64,000 nt of DNA, taken from NCBI GenBank assembly GCA_965644265.1, contig OZ286466.1, forward strand, positions 16,988,001 through 17,052,000, in the 5' to 3' direction. Shown here one piece after another: positions 54,133 to 64,000 of this stretch. Source of the stretch: Glycera tridactyla (Eukaryota). How positions within the stretch are numbered: the first letter of the stretch is position 1; every line of letters begins with the position of its first letter. The translations under genes were made by a program, and so were the position numbers. The notes beneath the pieces were generated by a model that was not told where the DNA came from, made no database searches, and was given only the letters and a program-made list of their open reading frames with translations.

Positions 54133-56244
54133 GGTGTTGGGCGCCACCCCGGAGAAAGTGCAGATTGTTGGAGCACGTCTCCTACAGTTTTTGGAAGCTT
54201 GGAAGAGGTTAACAAACAACAGATTTGTCCTCAAGATTATAGAGAAGGGCCTCTCGTTGTCCTTTCGGGAGCAGCCACCACTATCGAAAATCTTTTTGCC
54301 CTTTTCACTCCCCAAGGGTGTGGAAAAGAGGGAGGCGCTGCTCTCAGAGATCAGGAGCATGATAGACAAGAAAGCAGTAGTTCCAGTAGACCTAACAAAT
54401 CAGGAGGGGTTCTACTGCAATCTGTTCCTGGTCTCGAAGGCGACGGGGGGCTTCAGACCCGTGATAAATCTCAAACCTCTGAATGTTCATGTACACAACC
54501 AAAGGTTCAAAATGGAGACGGCCGCGTCCGTAGTCAAGTCAGTAGTACTAGGCGATTGGACCATCTCCATAGACTTGAAGGACGCGTATTTTCACGTCCC
54601 TATAAATCACAAGTTCCAAAAGTTTCTGCACTTCGCTGTGTCCGACAGGGAGGCTTATCAGTTTCAAGCCCTTCCTTCCAGTCTGAGTAAGGCACCAAGG
54701 ATTTTTACCATGGTGCTCCGGGAGTTGGCGCACCACATGCACGAACAGGGAATCAAGGTCCACTTTTACCTGGACGATTGGTTGTTGAGGAACCAAGATC
54801 CAGAGATCCTACAGAATCAGCCACAATATGTCCTCAGGTTGGCGGCCGAACTTGGGTGGGTAGTCAATCTAGCCAAGTCAGACCTATCTCCCAGTCAGTC
54901 TTTTACTTACCTGGGGATAGAGTTCGATACTCACCTGGTTTTGGTCAGACCATCAATCAAGAGGGTGGACAGACTGATTCTGTGCTCCAAGATTTTCCTC
55001 AGGAGACCTCAACAACCGGCCAGGGCAGTCCTCAGACTCCTTGGTCACATGTCCAGTTTAGCGGACTTTGTGCACCTGGGTCGTCTTCATATGCGACCTA
55101 TTCAAATGGCTCTGCTGTCTCAGTGGATGCCATTCATGGATTCCCTTGAACAGACCATAGTTCTACCCCAAGAAGCTTTGCAGATTATTTCTTGGTGGAG
55201 GGTGAAGGACAACATATACAAAGGTATTCCTTTACACCCACGTCAGCCTTCTATGAACCTGACAACCGACGCGTCTCTGTCGGGTTGGGGAGCTCACCTC
55301 TCGATAGGGGAAAGCATATTTCAGGCAGCGGGAGAATGGCCCCTGGAAAGAAGAGGTCATTCAATCAATGCATTAGAACTCGAGGCAGTTTTGCTAGCTC
55401 TAAAAGAGTTCTCATCGATGGTCAAAGGCCACACTGTGTTGGTTCTTTCCGACAATGTCACAGCTGTGGCATATTTGTCCAAGCAAGGCGGCACCCATTC
55501 GTCCCTGCTCTGTGGCCTTGCTTGGATGATCTTCTCTCTTCTGGAAACCCTGTCGTCTTACCTGGTAGTCAGACATATTCCAGGAAGACAAAACGTATTG
55601 GCAGACGCCCTATCAAGGGCAAAACCCATCAACACCGAGTGGGAACTAGATCAGCAGGTTTTCCTCAAAGTTCTTCAGGCCTTCAACCTGTCTCCTACAG
55701 TCGACCTGATGGCATCGCCATTGAACAAGAGGTTGCCAGTGTACATCTGCCCGTTTCCGGCTCAGGGGGCTCTGTCAGTGGACGCACTGGCAACTCCCTG
55801 GGACCAGTTCCAGGTGGCGTATGTTTTTCCGCCGACCGCCCTCATTCGGGAGGTGGTCAATCATCTCAGGGGTCTGGAGACCATACTGATTTGTATCGCC
55901 CCTTGGTGGCCGAATCAGTCATGGTTTCCAGACCTCCTGGAACTGTCTATAGATCTTCCTCTGGAACTACCAGTTCCAAGGAATCTGTTGGTCAAAGGAA
56001 AGAGAGTCCACCACTACCGACCGCAGGTCATGAATCTGACCGCGTGGTGTCTGTCCGGGGTGCCCTCTCAAGCAAAGGTTACTCGGCAAAGGCTATCGAG
56101 TGCATTTCAATATCCATTCGCTCGTCATCTGAACGCGTCTATAATGCCAGATGGAAGAAGTGGTTCTTCTGGTGTCAATCGGAAGGAGTGGATCCGAAGA
56201 ATCCCTCTTCCCCAGATGTAGCTGAGTTCTTTCTCATTGTTTGA
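54133..56244 (+). pseudogene. Overlapping 5' part of the YR ORF (same frame as gag), including the N-terminal core-binding domain; two nonsense lesions and a terminal frameshift
   Basis: Only 2 stops (54688-90, 55147-49) in 703 codons. Ends in GYSAKAIECISISIRSSSERVYNARWKKWFFWCQSEGVDP...VAEFF, typical of the DIRS YR N-domain, which continues as LFESGL in the next frame. Confidence 0.85.
54134..56221 (+). CDS. pol: DIRS reverse transcriptase - RNase H - DNA N6-adenine methyltransferase-like polyprotein
   Basis: VGARLLQF, GFYCNLFLVSK, FRPVINLKPLN, IDLKDAYFHVPI, YLDD (54767-54778), YLGIEFD. RNase H: TTDASLSGWG, INALELEAV, SDNVTAV, HIPGRQNVLADALSR. MT: DLMAS, DAL..PW, YVFPP, PWWPNQSWFPDLL. No AUG at the start; the frame is open from 54089. 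Confidence 0.95.
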   Translation: MLGATPEKVQIVGARLLQFLEAWKRLTNNRFVLKIIEKGLSLSFREQPPLSKIFLPFSLPKGVEKREALLSEIRSMIDKKAVVPVDLTNQEGFYCNLFLVSKATGGFRPVINLKPLNVHVHNQRFKMETAASVVKSVVLGDWTISIDLKDAYFHVPINHKFQKFLHFAVSDREAYQFQALPSSLSKAPRIFTMVLRELAHHMHEQGIKVHFYLDDWLLRNQDPEILQNQPQYVLRLAAELGWVVNLAKSDLSPSQSFTYLGIEFDTHLVLVRPSIKRVDRLILCSKIFLRRPQQPARAVLRLLGHMSSLADFVHLGRLHMRPIQMALLSQWMPFMDSLEQTIVLPQEALQIISWWRVKDNIYKGIPLHPRQPSMNLTTDASLSGWGAHLSIGESIFQAAGEWPLERRGHSINALELEAVLLALKEFSSMVKGHTVLVLSDNVTAVAYLSKQGGTHSSLLCGLAWMIFSLLETLSSYLVVRHIPGRQNVLADALSRAKPINTEWELDQQVFLKVLQAFNLSPTVDLMASPLNKRLPVYICPFPAQGALSVDALATPWDQFQVAYVFPPTALIREVVNHLRGLETILICIAPWWPNQSWFPDLLELSIDLPLELPVPRNLLVKGKRVHHYRPQVMNLTAWCLSGVPSQAKVTRQRLSSAFQYPFARHLNASIMPDGRSGSSGVNRKEWIRRIPLPQM

Positions 56245-57157
56245 GTCGGGACTACAACCAGCTACTATCTGGGGATACAGGAACGTGCTTCAGTCTGTCT
56301 TCATGTATTCTGGCTGTAATGCTTTGAATCTGAAAGACATTAAAGCCTTACAGAATAACTTTGAGCTGGAGAGACCAGTGCCGGTGAAGTCTACTCCTCA
56401 ATGGGAACTTTCTATTGTCTTGAGCTTTCTTAAGTCTGAGAGATTTGTTCCATTGTCGGAATGCTCTTTGCTGGATTTGACCAGAAAGACTGCTTTTTTG
56501 CTGGCACTGGCCTCGGGCAGGTGCCGGAGCGAGATTTATGCTCTGTCCGGCTCGGTAGGAGCGGTCCGTTTTGCAGCTGACGAGTCATCAGCTACCTTAT
56601 TTTCGGTCCCAGGCTTCTTAGCCAAAACACAGAGACCAAAAGACCGTTCACCTTCTATTGTGATTCCAGCTTTTTGTGTAAATAGTTTGTCTGATGATGT
56701 CTCTTTGTGTCCTGTTAGGACATTGAGAGAATACTTAAAGAGAGTATCAGAGTTCAGAGGTTCGAGAATGAGATTGTTCATTCCTCCATCGGCATCAGCA
56801 ACTGCTGAAATCAGAGTGGATCGCATTTCAATATGGATTCAGCAGTTGGTGAAGATGGCCTACGAGGCAGCAGATGAGTCTTTGAACGTTGACTCTATCT
56901 CAGCACATGAGGTCAGGGCAATTTCCACATCTTGGAGATCCCTCAATCATGCTTGTCCTGTCGATGACTCGATGAGGGCAGCGTATTGGAGGTCTGGCAA
57001 CACATTCGCTAGGTTCTATCTTAGGGATATGTGTGGCCAGGCCTTGGTTCTATACTCTTTAGGTCCTATTGTGGCCGCCCAGGCTTTGATTATGCCTCCT
57101 CTGAATCTTAGCTATGTTTGGGGGGGTTTCTACTATGCTATTGTAAATAGTGTATAA
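56237..57157 (+). CDS. Tyrosine recombinase (phage-integrase family) catalytic domain of the DIRS element
   Basis: RKTAFLLALASGRCRSEI (R), FLAKTQ (K), LCPVRTLREYL, SAHEVRA (HxxR), AAYWRSGNTFARFYLRD (W and Y nucleophile), LGPIVAAQ. Confidence 0.95.
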   Translation: MFESGLQPATIWGYRNVLQSVFMYSGCNALNLKDIKALQNNFELERPVPVKSTPQWELSIVLSFLKSERFVPLSECSLLDLTRKTAFLLALASGRCRSEIYALSGSVGAVRFAADESSATLFSVPGFLAKTQRPKDRSPSIVIPAFCVNSLSDDVSLCPVRTLREYLKRVSEFRGSRMRLFIPPSASATAEIRVDRISIWIQQLVKMAYEAADESLNVDSISAHEVRAISTSWRSLNHACPVDDSMRAAYWRSGNTFARFYLRDMCGQALVLYSLGPIVAAQALIMPPLNLSYVWGGFYYAIVNSV

Positions 57158-57280
57158 TGTGGTGACCCAGAAGGAGGAGTCTTGGAAGATCCCACCCATG
57201 CCCATTGCATGGGCGTCACAATATAGCCCAGATGGTGCTGACGTGACGTTAAACCAGAACCAACCAAACCAAACCAAACC
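57157..57280 (+). mobile_element. 5'-truncated SINE/LINE 3' end inserted in the DIRS 3' region
   Basis: GCATGGGCGTCACAATATAGCCCAGATGGTGCTGACGTGACGTTAAA plus an (ACCAA)n tail. Candidate 5-bp TSD GTATA (57152-56, 57281-85); homologous to 63585-63650(-). Confidence 0.6.
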
Positions 57281-57407
57281 GTATATCAATAGTAGTGTTG
57301 TGAATACTCGGAACTGTTTTTATCTTACCTTCTTTGGAAGGTATTTTACTTTCGAGAGACACGGCATGTCATAGTTTTCTCTACACCCTCCATCCATGAC
57401 TTATGCG

Positions 57408-57503
57408 ATGCAGATTTTGAGGGAGAAACGGTACAGTGATTGAACCCCCCAGGTTTGTTTATCTAACCTGGGGTTCAATACTTACCCATTTCTCCCTCAA
57501 ATT
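57408..57503 (+). repeat. DIRS internal complementary region (ICR)
   Basis: 57408-57444 is complementary to the left terminus 50452-50488 (37 nt, 2 mismatches). 57445-57503 is complementary to the right terminus 57715-57773 (59 nt, 1 mismatch). Confidence 0.95.
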
Positions 57504-57563
57504 GGATTTTCCCTCCCGTCCGCCCCGTTGTAGAGCTGTTGTTTAACAACTGTCAATGGCTCG

Positions 57564-57777
57564 TTGAAATACGCCGATATCAGGTGGACAGGAAGTGACC
57601 TGTAGGTCATAGCCACCTGGTGTTAGTGTAGGGCGGAGGGAGGTTTCAGTTCACAAATTATTATTCGTGTTGTTGTAATGTTCGCACGTAGGCCTATCGG
57701 CCCGGGGAATGCAGAATTTGAGGGAGAAATGAGTAAGTATTGAACCCCAGGTTAGATAAACAAACCTGGGGGGGGTT
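57564..57777 (+). repeat. DIRS right inverted terminal repeat with unique right extension (57732-57777)
   Basis: Reverse complement of the left ITR; the extension pairs with the ICR and is itself a hairpin. Confidence 0.95.
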
Positions 57778-59414
57778 TTGCAGAAAATATGAACGAGATA
57801 TTTGTCACTGATTATGATCGACCTGGCAGTAGCAAGCACCCCTTGAATTAGAATGCTACCCTCCATGCTCTGGCATGCAGGAGATGACATGTAATCGATT
57901 AATCAATCTATATGATTCCTTCACTCATTACTTTCTCGTTGGTAGGCGACACTTTCGCTGGTAAATGATCAATATCTTGGAATGTATCAGAGAATGAGAT
58001 GTTCGGTTCATGCTTCGATTTGATTGTAGCAGCGCATTCCAAGGACAGACGGGAGGATGAATCAATGAATGGACGGATGAGTGTATAGGTGAATGGATGA
58101 ATTGATGGATAGACGGATGGATGGATGGATGAATGAATTTGTAGATAGATGGATGGGTGAATGGTTGGATGAGTGAATGAGTGTTTGGATGGATGGATGG
58201 GTGGGTGGGTGGGTAGGTAAATGAGCCAATGAGTGATTGGGTGGATGGATGGATGGAGAAATAGATGGATGGATGGATGGATGGATGGATAAATGAATAG
58301 GTGGTTGTCTGAATGCATAGATGATACGGTGGACGAATGAATGGATGGATGGATGGTTATATGAATAGATTGATAAAGAGGAAAGATGAATTGATTGATT
58401 AATACATGGATGAGTTGGTGGATAACGAGAAATAATTCAAATTCATCGCTTTCAGGTATGCAGGATGAATATGGATTATGTGTTTTTGCGATGGGATGGA
58501 AATTATGCATAATGATAGACATTCGACACACAGCAGAATCAAGAAATTACACGAAAAGGTAGACATTAGGTGAATGGAATGAAGAACGTTCTGGTATGTA
58601 AACTGATATTCAAAAATGTGGATGATTTATCAGAGTGTGCATGTTTGTATATTTCAGGCCAAGTTCGCTCTAATTGTGTGTAGCTCACAAAAGCATCTTT
58701 GTATTATGTGTCATCATTTTACACTTCAATGGCCTCCAGCACATGGACAATAGCGCCATTCAATATCGCTGATACTGACTGAACATTATCTCCTTATTTT
58801 TCAATTTTCTCATTGTTAGGTTCTTTATGTTCAATATCCGTGTTCACATCACAAGATATTCGGAACATTTGTTCTGACATGTGTACCTGTGTTTGTAGTC
58901 TGTTCGCTTGAGGATTACCGGCATGCATCAACCGAGAAGATTAGCCATGCTGTGTTGCTGGCCAATTGAAGCAGGATGTTCTGTCCCCTTTCGGGATCAC
59001 ACATACAAATATTCTGAATATACGAAGATGAGGAACCTGAAATATTGTCGAATAAGAGTAGCTGACAGTTCAAGACACTCCTCAACATACTCAACACAAA
59101 CAAACTGAACCTCTTTCGCATATTGGTCTATGTAGCTTACTCGAAGCTGAAAACCAAGACTAAAAGCAATGCTGTCTTCCTAAGCAGAGTGCCGAACTTG
59201 TGAAGCATTAGGTTTGGAGAATATTCAACCAATGTGTTCAACCTGCATCACTTTATTTCTCGAGTGAAAATGAAGTTTATATCCTTTCATATCATACCAA
59301 TTGAAAGATCTTGTATGTCGAGTGTCCCTGATGTTCCTTGCAACCATCACTCTGATAAACCCTGAACACAATATAATGGGGACCTTTTGTCAAGTGAATG
59401 TATCCAACAGTGAG

Positions 59415-60030
59415 GACATACCTCCAGAGATTCTGCATGAAATTGATGGACTTAACGATGGCTGAACAAGAGAGACGAGCCAGCACAGTGGTCCATCCTA
59501 AACATAGTGACCATACAAAAATCAGGTGACCTCAGCATTGAAGGAAACTACCGAGGAATAAGCCTCAGCTCCATTGTGGCCAGAACATACAATAGGATGA
59601 TCCTTAACTGCATCCACCCAGAGATTGACAAGAGGATCAGGATCAACCAAAATGGGTTCAGACCAGGCCGAACAACTAGCCAGATCCTAGCTCTCAGAAG
59701 GATCATTGAAGGTGTGAAGGAATATCAACTCCCTGCCATAATCACCAACCTACTAAAAGTCACAGCCAAGATCAGGACAAGAAGGTTGAAGCTGGCAGGT
59801 CACTGTGTCAGGCAGCTGGGAGAAGCCTCCTTCAACCCGGCATTATGGGTCCCTGACAGGAGTAGCAGAAGAAATGGCCGCCTAACTGGCAATTTCACTG
59901 ATACCATCAGCAGGGACACAGGACTGAAACTTGAGGAGCTGTCTGTCTGCATGCATGACAGAGAGCAGTGGCGCACCATCATAGCCCGAGCTAGAGCAAG
60001 CTCGAAATAAGCAAGCAAGCAAGTAAGTAA
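59415..60030 (+). mobile_element. Internally deleted RTE-clade non-LTR retrotransposon relic with 3' tail
   Basis: KSGDLSIEGNYRGISLSSIVARTYNRMILN...QNGFRPGRTT.QILALRRIIEGVK...LPAIIT is joined in frame to NLLKVTAKIRTRRLKLAGHCVR...LW.P...DTGL..EL...M.DR..WR, then TAAGCAAGCAAGCAAGTAAGTAA. The catalytic RT core is missing. Confidence 0.85.
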
Positions 60031-60825
60031 CGATGTCTGACTGGAAGTCGAGACTCAAGCCCTTTGCTGAACATATACCTGACTTGGATCCTTGGCAGCA
60101 ATAGATTTAACTGTTCGCTCGAGTGATCAATGGAATAGTCGCTGTTTGAAGAGATTGATGGTTCATATTCGGATCGAGCAAGATATGGTATGCCAAGCTC
60201 GATAATGTGCACATATCCATACCAAATATGCACGAGATGATGTACTATCAACATTGCGTCAGGTTCCAATAGGAGAGATTCAAAATGAAATCGGATTTCA
60301 TTGCCATGACAGCCAGTCAAAAGCTGACAACTACTGATATCATTTTGTATCAACAGATTGCTTAGGGTGTGACCAATAAGAAAGTGTACCATTGTTTGTA
60401 CCTTTAAAAGACTGGTGGGGTGATTTTCAGGGTATAACCGACGCTGGTCATGCCTAATCAAGAATTAAGGAAAACTGCATCAATTCACCCGAGCGAGAGA
60501 AGGCAGGTTGTCCTCCGCCTCCAAACTGAACATTCACATTTCAAGCATGCTATTTATCACCCACTTTCTGAACCGGGATATATTGTCATCCATACAATGA
60601 CCTGTTGCAGTGCGGAAGAGTCATCCTGTATCCATGCGATGTTGGTATCTCATTTGAATGATAAACAGGTTCGTATGTGTTTATGCAGATCAAATAATAT
60701 CTTTTGTCTGTCTCATGCAAATATGATGAGGTTTTTGCGTTGGGAGAGGAATTTAGATGATGTGTGGTGGGTATTCAGTGTGCGACATCTGAGCGATCCT
60801 GAATGAATACCGTCTAGACGCACGA

Positions 60826-60833
60826 ACACGCAC

Positions 60834-60884
<51 letters not shown>

Positions 60885-61132
60885 ACCACCACCAGCAATA
60901 CCACCACCATCACCATCAACCTCCGCCGTCACCCCCACCCCTATGGTCACAACCATCATCTTCGTCGTCGTCATAATCATCATCATCATATTCATCATCA
61001 TCATCATCATTATCGTCACAACCACCTTTATATTCGTCTTTCGATTTCTCCTCCTCTTCTCCTATATCACTTCTTTCTACTGCTCGTGCTCCTGCCCAAG
61101 TTCCTGCTCCTCCACCTCTCAAAAATCTTCGA

Positions 61133-61164
<32 letters not shown>

Positions 61165-61180
61165 CCATCATCGTCATCAT
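60826..61180. repeat. Compound microsatellite (CA)n, (CAC)n, (CAT)n, (CTC)n
   Basis: Direct inspection. Confidence 0.95.
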
Positions 61181-63544
61181 TTCCGAAGCGATGAATACTG
61201 CTGGGTTTGGGGACTGATCAACTCAGGTTCACAGGGTAACACAGCGGCTGTCGATTATCTAATCCACATGTTATAGGAAGGAATCACATCAAGAATGAAA
61301 AGAAAGAAGTGCAACTTTTTGAAACAAGAAACGTCGGATTAGTGATAATGATTCATATGGTAGTAAGAACCTCCAAATACATGGAAGATGTGTCTGTTTG
61401 ACTGTTCATACTGATATCTGCCCAGTCCAACTGTCTGTATGTTCAGATCTTCCTTGGGCTGCTGCTAGCTATTCATGGGTGGCAGGTCTGGTTTTGACCT
61501 CTTTTGTGCTTGCATGTGCATGTATGCCGAGGAGGTGTATCATCGTATCTAGTTTGTAGTCACTTTTGATCCCTCATCACTGAGCTAGAACCATCATTCC
61601 CTGATCTCAGATAGGAGCGATCATTATCAACCAGCCTGAGTGTGTTCAGCCCATTCCTGTTTCAATGCTTCTAGCTTAAACACTGGGGGCGACATCCCTC
61701 ATCTAGTTTCTACCTATTTGAGTAAAGTACGGTCGAACATACAATTTGCATCCTCACACCTCTGTCGTGGTCAACCATCCAACAACTAGCTGTAGAATAA
61801 GCGTTGATAAATGTGGAGATGTTACCACTATAGCAGGTAGCACTACAAGTAAGGCAGTGAAATAAAAGCAGTGAATCCACAAGTTGGAATTCACTCAGTA
61901 GCACATTCTGACGGATTCTAAAATGCAAGACCAAATGTGTAACAGCCAAGGTCGATTCACTGGAGCAACCGATCATCGAATTGTGAACACAAGGAGGTGG
62001 CTTAAGCATCTTTGCAATAGATAGCACTCTCTTCGAACATGTGCGCAGTAGGCCAGTGAAATTCAGTAGCCCCATGGGGACCAGTAATTGTTCTGGAGTT
62101 GCTGGGGATGTCGTGCTGGGATGACCCGGTCAATGAATGTTAATCACTCCCGTTTCCTACCACCATGAAGATTAACGGAAATGTTTTTCACATTCAGTTG
62201 TAAATCACGCTCAGTCAAGATATGAGACTTCCTAGATGCCAGCTGAGTGCACATCACACGGATAACAAAGCAACTTGATGAAAGGCTGGTCCGCATGTAA
62301 GGTATCTATGATGCATTAATTCAAGATTGATTCTAAAGGGTCATTCTTTCCACTCTTCTACTTCAAACTCATTCATACAAAATATAAGCTTACATCACAT
62401 CCATTACAAACAATGTTTGGCATTTTATTCACCAAAGATTCATGTGCCTCCAGGCTATTCTTTCTGGTAGCCATTTCGCTTCTACGAACCCAATTCACAA
62501 ACTTGGAAATGCCTAAAAAGCTTCACTTGAGTGCCTTGGATTTGTGGATTTCGTCTCAGGTCAACTTTAATGGGAGATAGTGAGGAGGTCACATGGATGT
62601 TAACGCCTTTCATATGTTGTATTTTCTTGTCTATATTATTCGGCTGGTCCCCATAAGAATAGCTGATGATAAATTACACCCAGAACACGGATTGTATATG
62701 AATGAGTGAATCTGTATGTATGACCCTATTCATATGCAAAACCAAAATGTGACAGAGATAGATGGAAACCTCAACAAAATCTGAAAATTCAGAAATTTGA
62801 TATAGTTTGCAAGTTGCAAATGATAAATTCATTATAAATGTATGGAATTTCCCTGAATCATATACTGATATGTGTGCCACCCACTATTGTACTTCTTGTG
62901 TTTCATGTTTGTTTTTGATTTTTCTCAAATGTTATCATGTTGTATTGTGATACAATATGATTCTCCCAAACAGGTTCAGGCAATCGCCTGATTAAAACGA
63001 TTGGGGATGACAAACATGTACGTATAATCCGCAAAATTGGGTTTGATGACCGCTCGTGCTTGTACAGAAGCACGCCGTGCCATCGCATTGGATATGGTGA
63101 AATATATGGCTTCAGTTTTGGGTTTGAGAGTCTCGAATGAGTGCTATGGTGATCTCTGCAACCATCATGTTCTCTTTGCGTGTGATGCAGTCGACATGCA
63201 AACCATAAATTAATCCAGTCGTCGGTAATTAGGATTGTAGAACAAATCATAATCAAATCATGCTTGCTGTTTGTTAGCAGTCACTTTGACCGTGAATGAA
63301 ACCTCAATCAATAAATAATGGCCATGTCAAAAAACGGATGGAGTTTGATTGATTGAATGTTGATTCGAGCTAGCTTACGAAAGATTCTTCGTGATTCAGA
63401 TCTCTGCCTATGCTTCATGTTCCCACAACTTTATATCAGGGAAGCTGATTGCTCGATTAGTTGTGAAGAAAGTATTGGTATATGGTGAGAGGAATATTAA
63501 GTGCTAAAAAACTGACAGTGGTGCAGCACAAAACCGCATATGAT

Positions 63545-63650
63545 GTTGCTTGGGTAGTGGGCTGGCTGTATGAGTGGTTGCTCCGTAACTCGTCAGCACC
63601 GCTTGGACTATATTGGGACATCCATGCGAAACCGATTGGTAGGATACCAT
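63545..63650 (-). mobile_element. SINE/LINE 3' end fragment homologous to 57185-57250
   Basis: Reverse complement GCATGGATGTCCCAATATAGTCCAAGCGGTGCTGACG. Confidence 0.5.
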
Positions 63651-64000
63651 AGACTATTTTTGTTCTAAATCGAGGATGAAAAAAGATCAACTTTCGAGCG
63701 TCCCGGAGTCTTGATTTCTAACGAACTGATGAGGTTACATCTCAGAAACTGTCATTATGTCACAAGTCATACCTGAATTCTAAAGTTATGACCAGTGTGC
63801 GTCATTGAAATGAGGATCAACTCCAAAATTCCGAAGTTATGACTGATGTGACTCATCAGAGTCCGGAGCTCGAGTTCGTCATATCACTTTGACATAACTC
63901 AACTTATGGTTGATGCCGAAACACCTGGACAAAATTGGAAGGATACTCATTAGTTTTGATTCTGTATCAAGGATAGAAAGAATCTCTCGATGAGAAATGG

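Larger units (their letters stand above)
50451..57777 (+). mobile_element. Full-length DIRS1-like tyrosine-recombinase retrotransposon (~7.3 kb), structurally complete and mutationally inactivated
   Basis: ITRs 50466-50630 / 57567-57731. ICR 57408-57503 is complementary to both termini. GTT at both junctions (50451-53, 57775-77). Encodes gag, RT/RNaseH/MT and YR with the overlapping arrangement typical of DIRS1. Confidence 0.97.

Noticed and set aside
53851-54369. Antisense ORFs within the DIRS (also 51361-51639, 56536-56826)
   Set aside because: Shadows of the sense ORFs with no independent motifs.

Overview
This is animal genomic DNA from a draft scaffold, probably a marine invertebrate or lophotrochozoan (inferred from the repeat types). 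It has six short N gaps and is rich in micro- and minisatellites, with no prokaryotic features. The dominant feature is a structurally complete but mutationally damaged DIRS1-like tyrosine-recombinase retrotransposon (50451-57777, + strand). It carries inverted terminal repeats, an internal complementary region (ICR) pairing with both termini, a shared GTT core at both junctions, a large Zn-finger gag, an uninterrupted RT-RNaseH-methyltransferase ORF, and a tyrosine recombinase (YR) frame. The YR frame overlaps the whole RT ORF and follows gag in frame after a single TAG. A palindrome at its ends is completed only when the ends are joined, which suggests a directional recombination site (hypothesis). 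The rest of the window holds a direct segmental duplication (1-8121 vs 27048-30440) with differential insertions, Helentron-type HINEs, SINE fragments, a Tc1/mariner-like MITE, an internally deleted RTE LINE, several minisatellites (one possibly coding) and scattered fragments of an unidentified decayed gene family. I could not identify any intact host gene, tRNA or rRNA. All comparisons were made by eye; no database searches were run.
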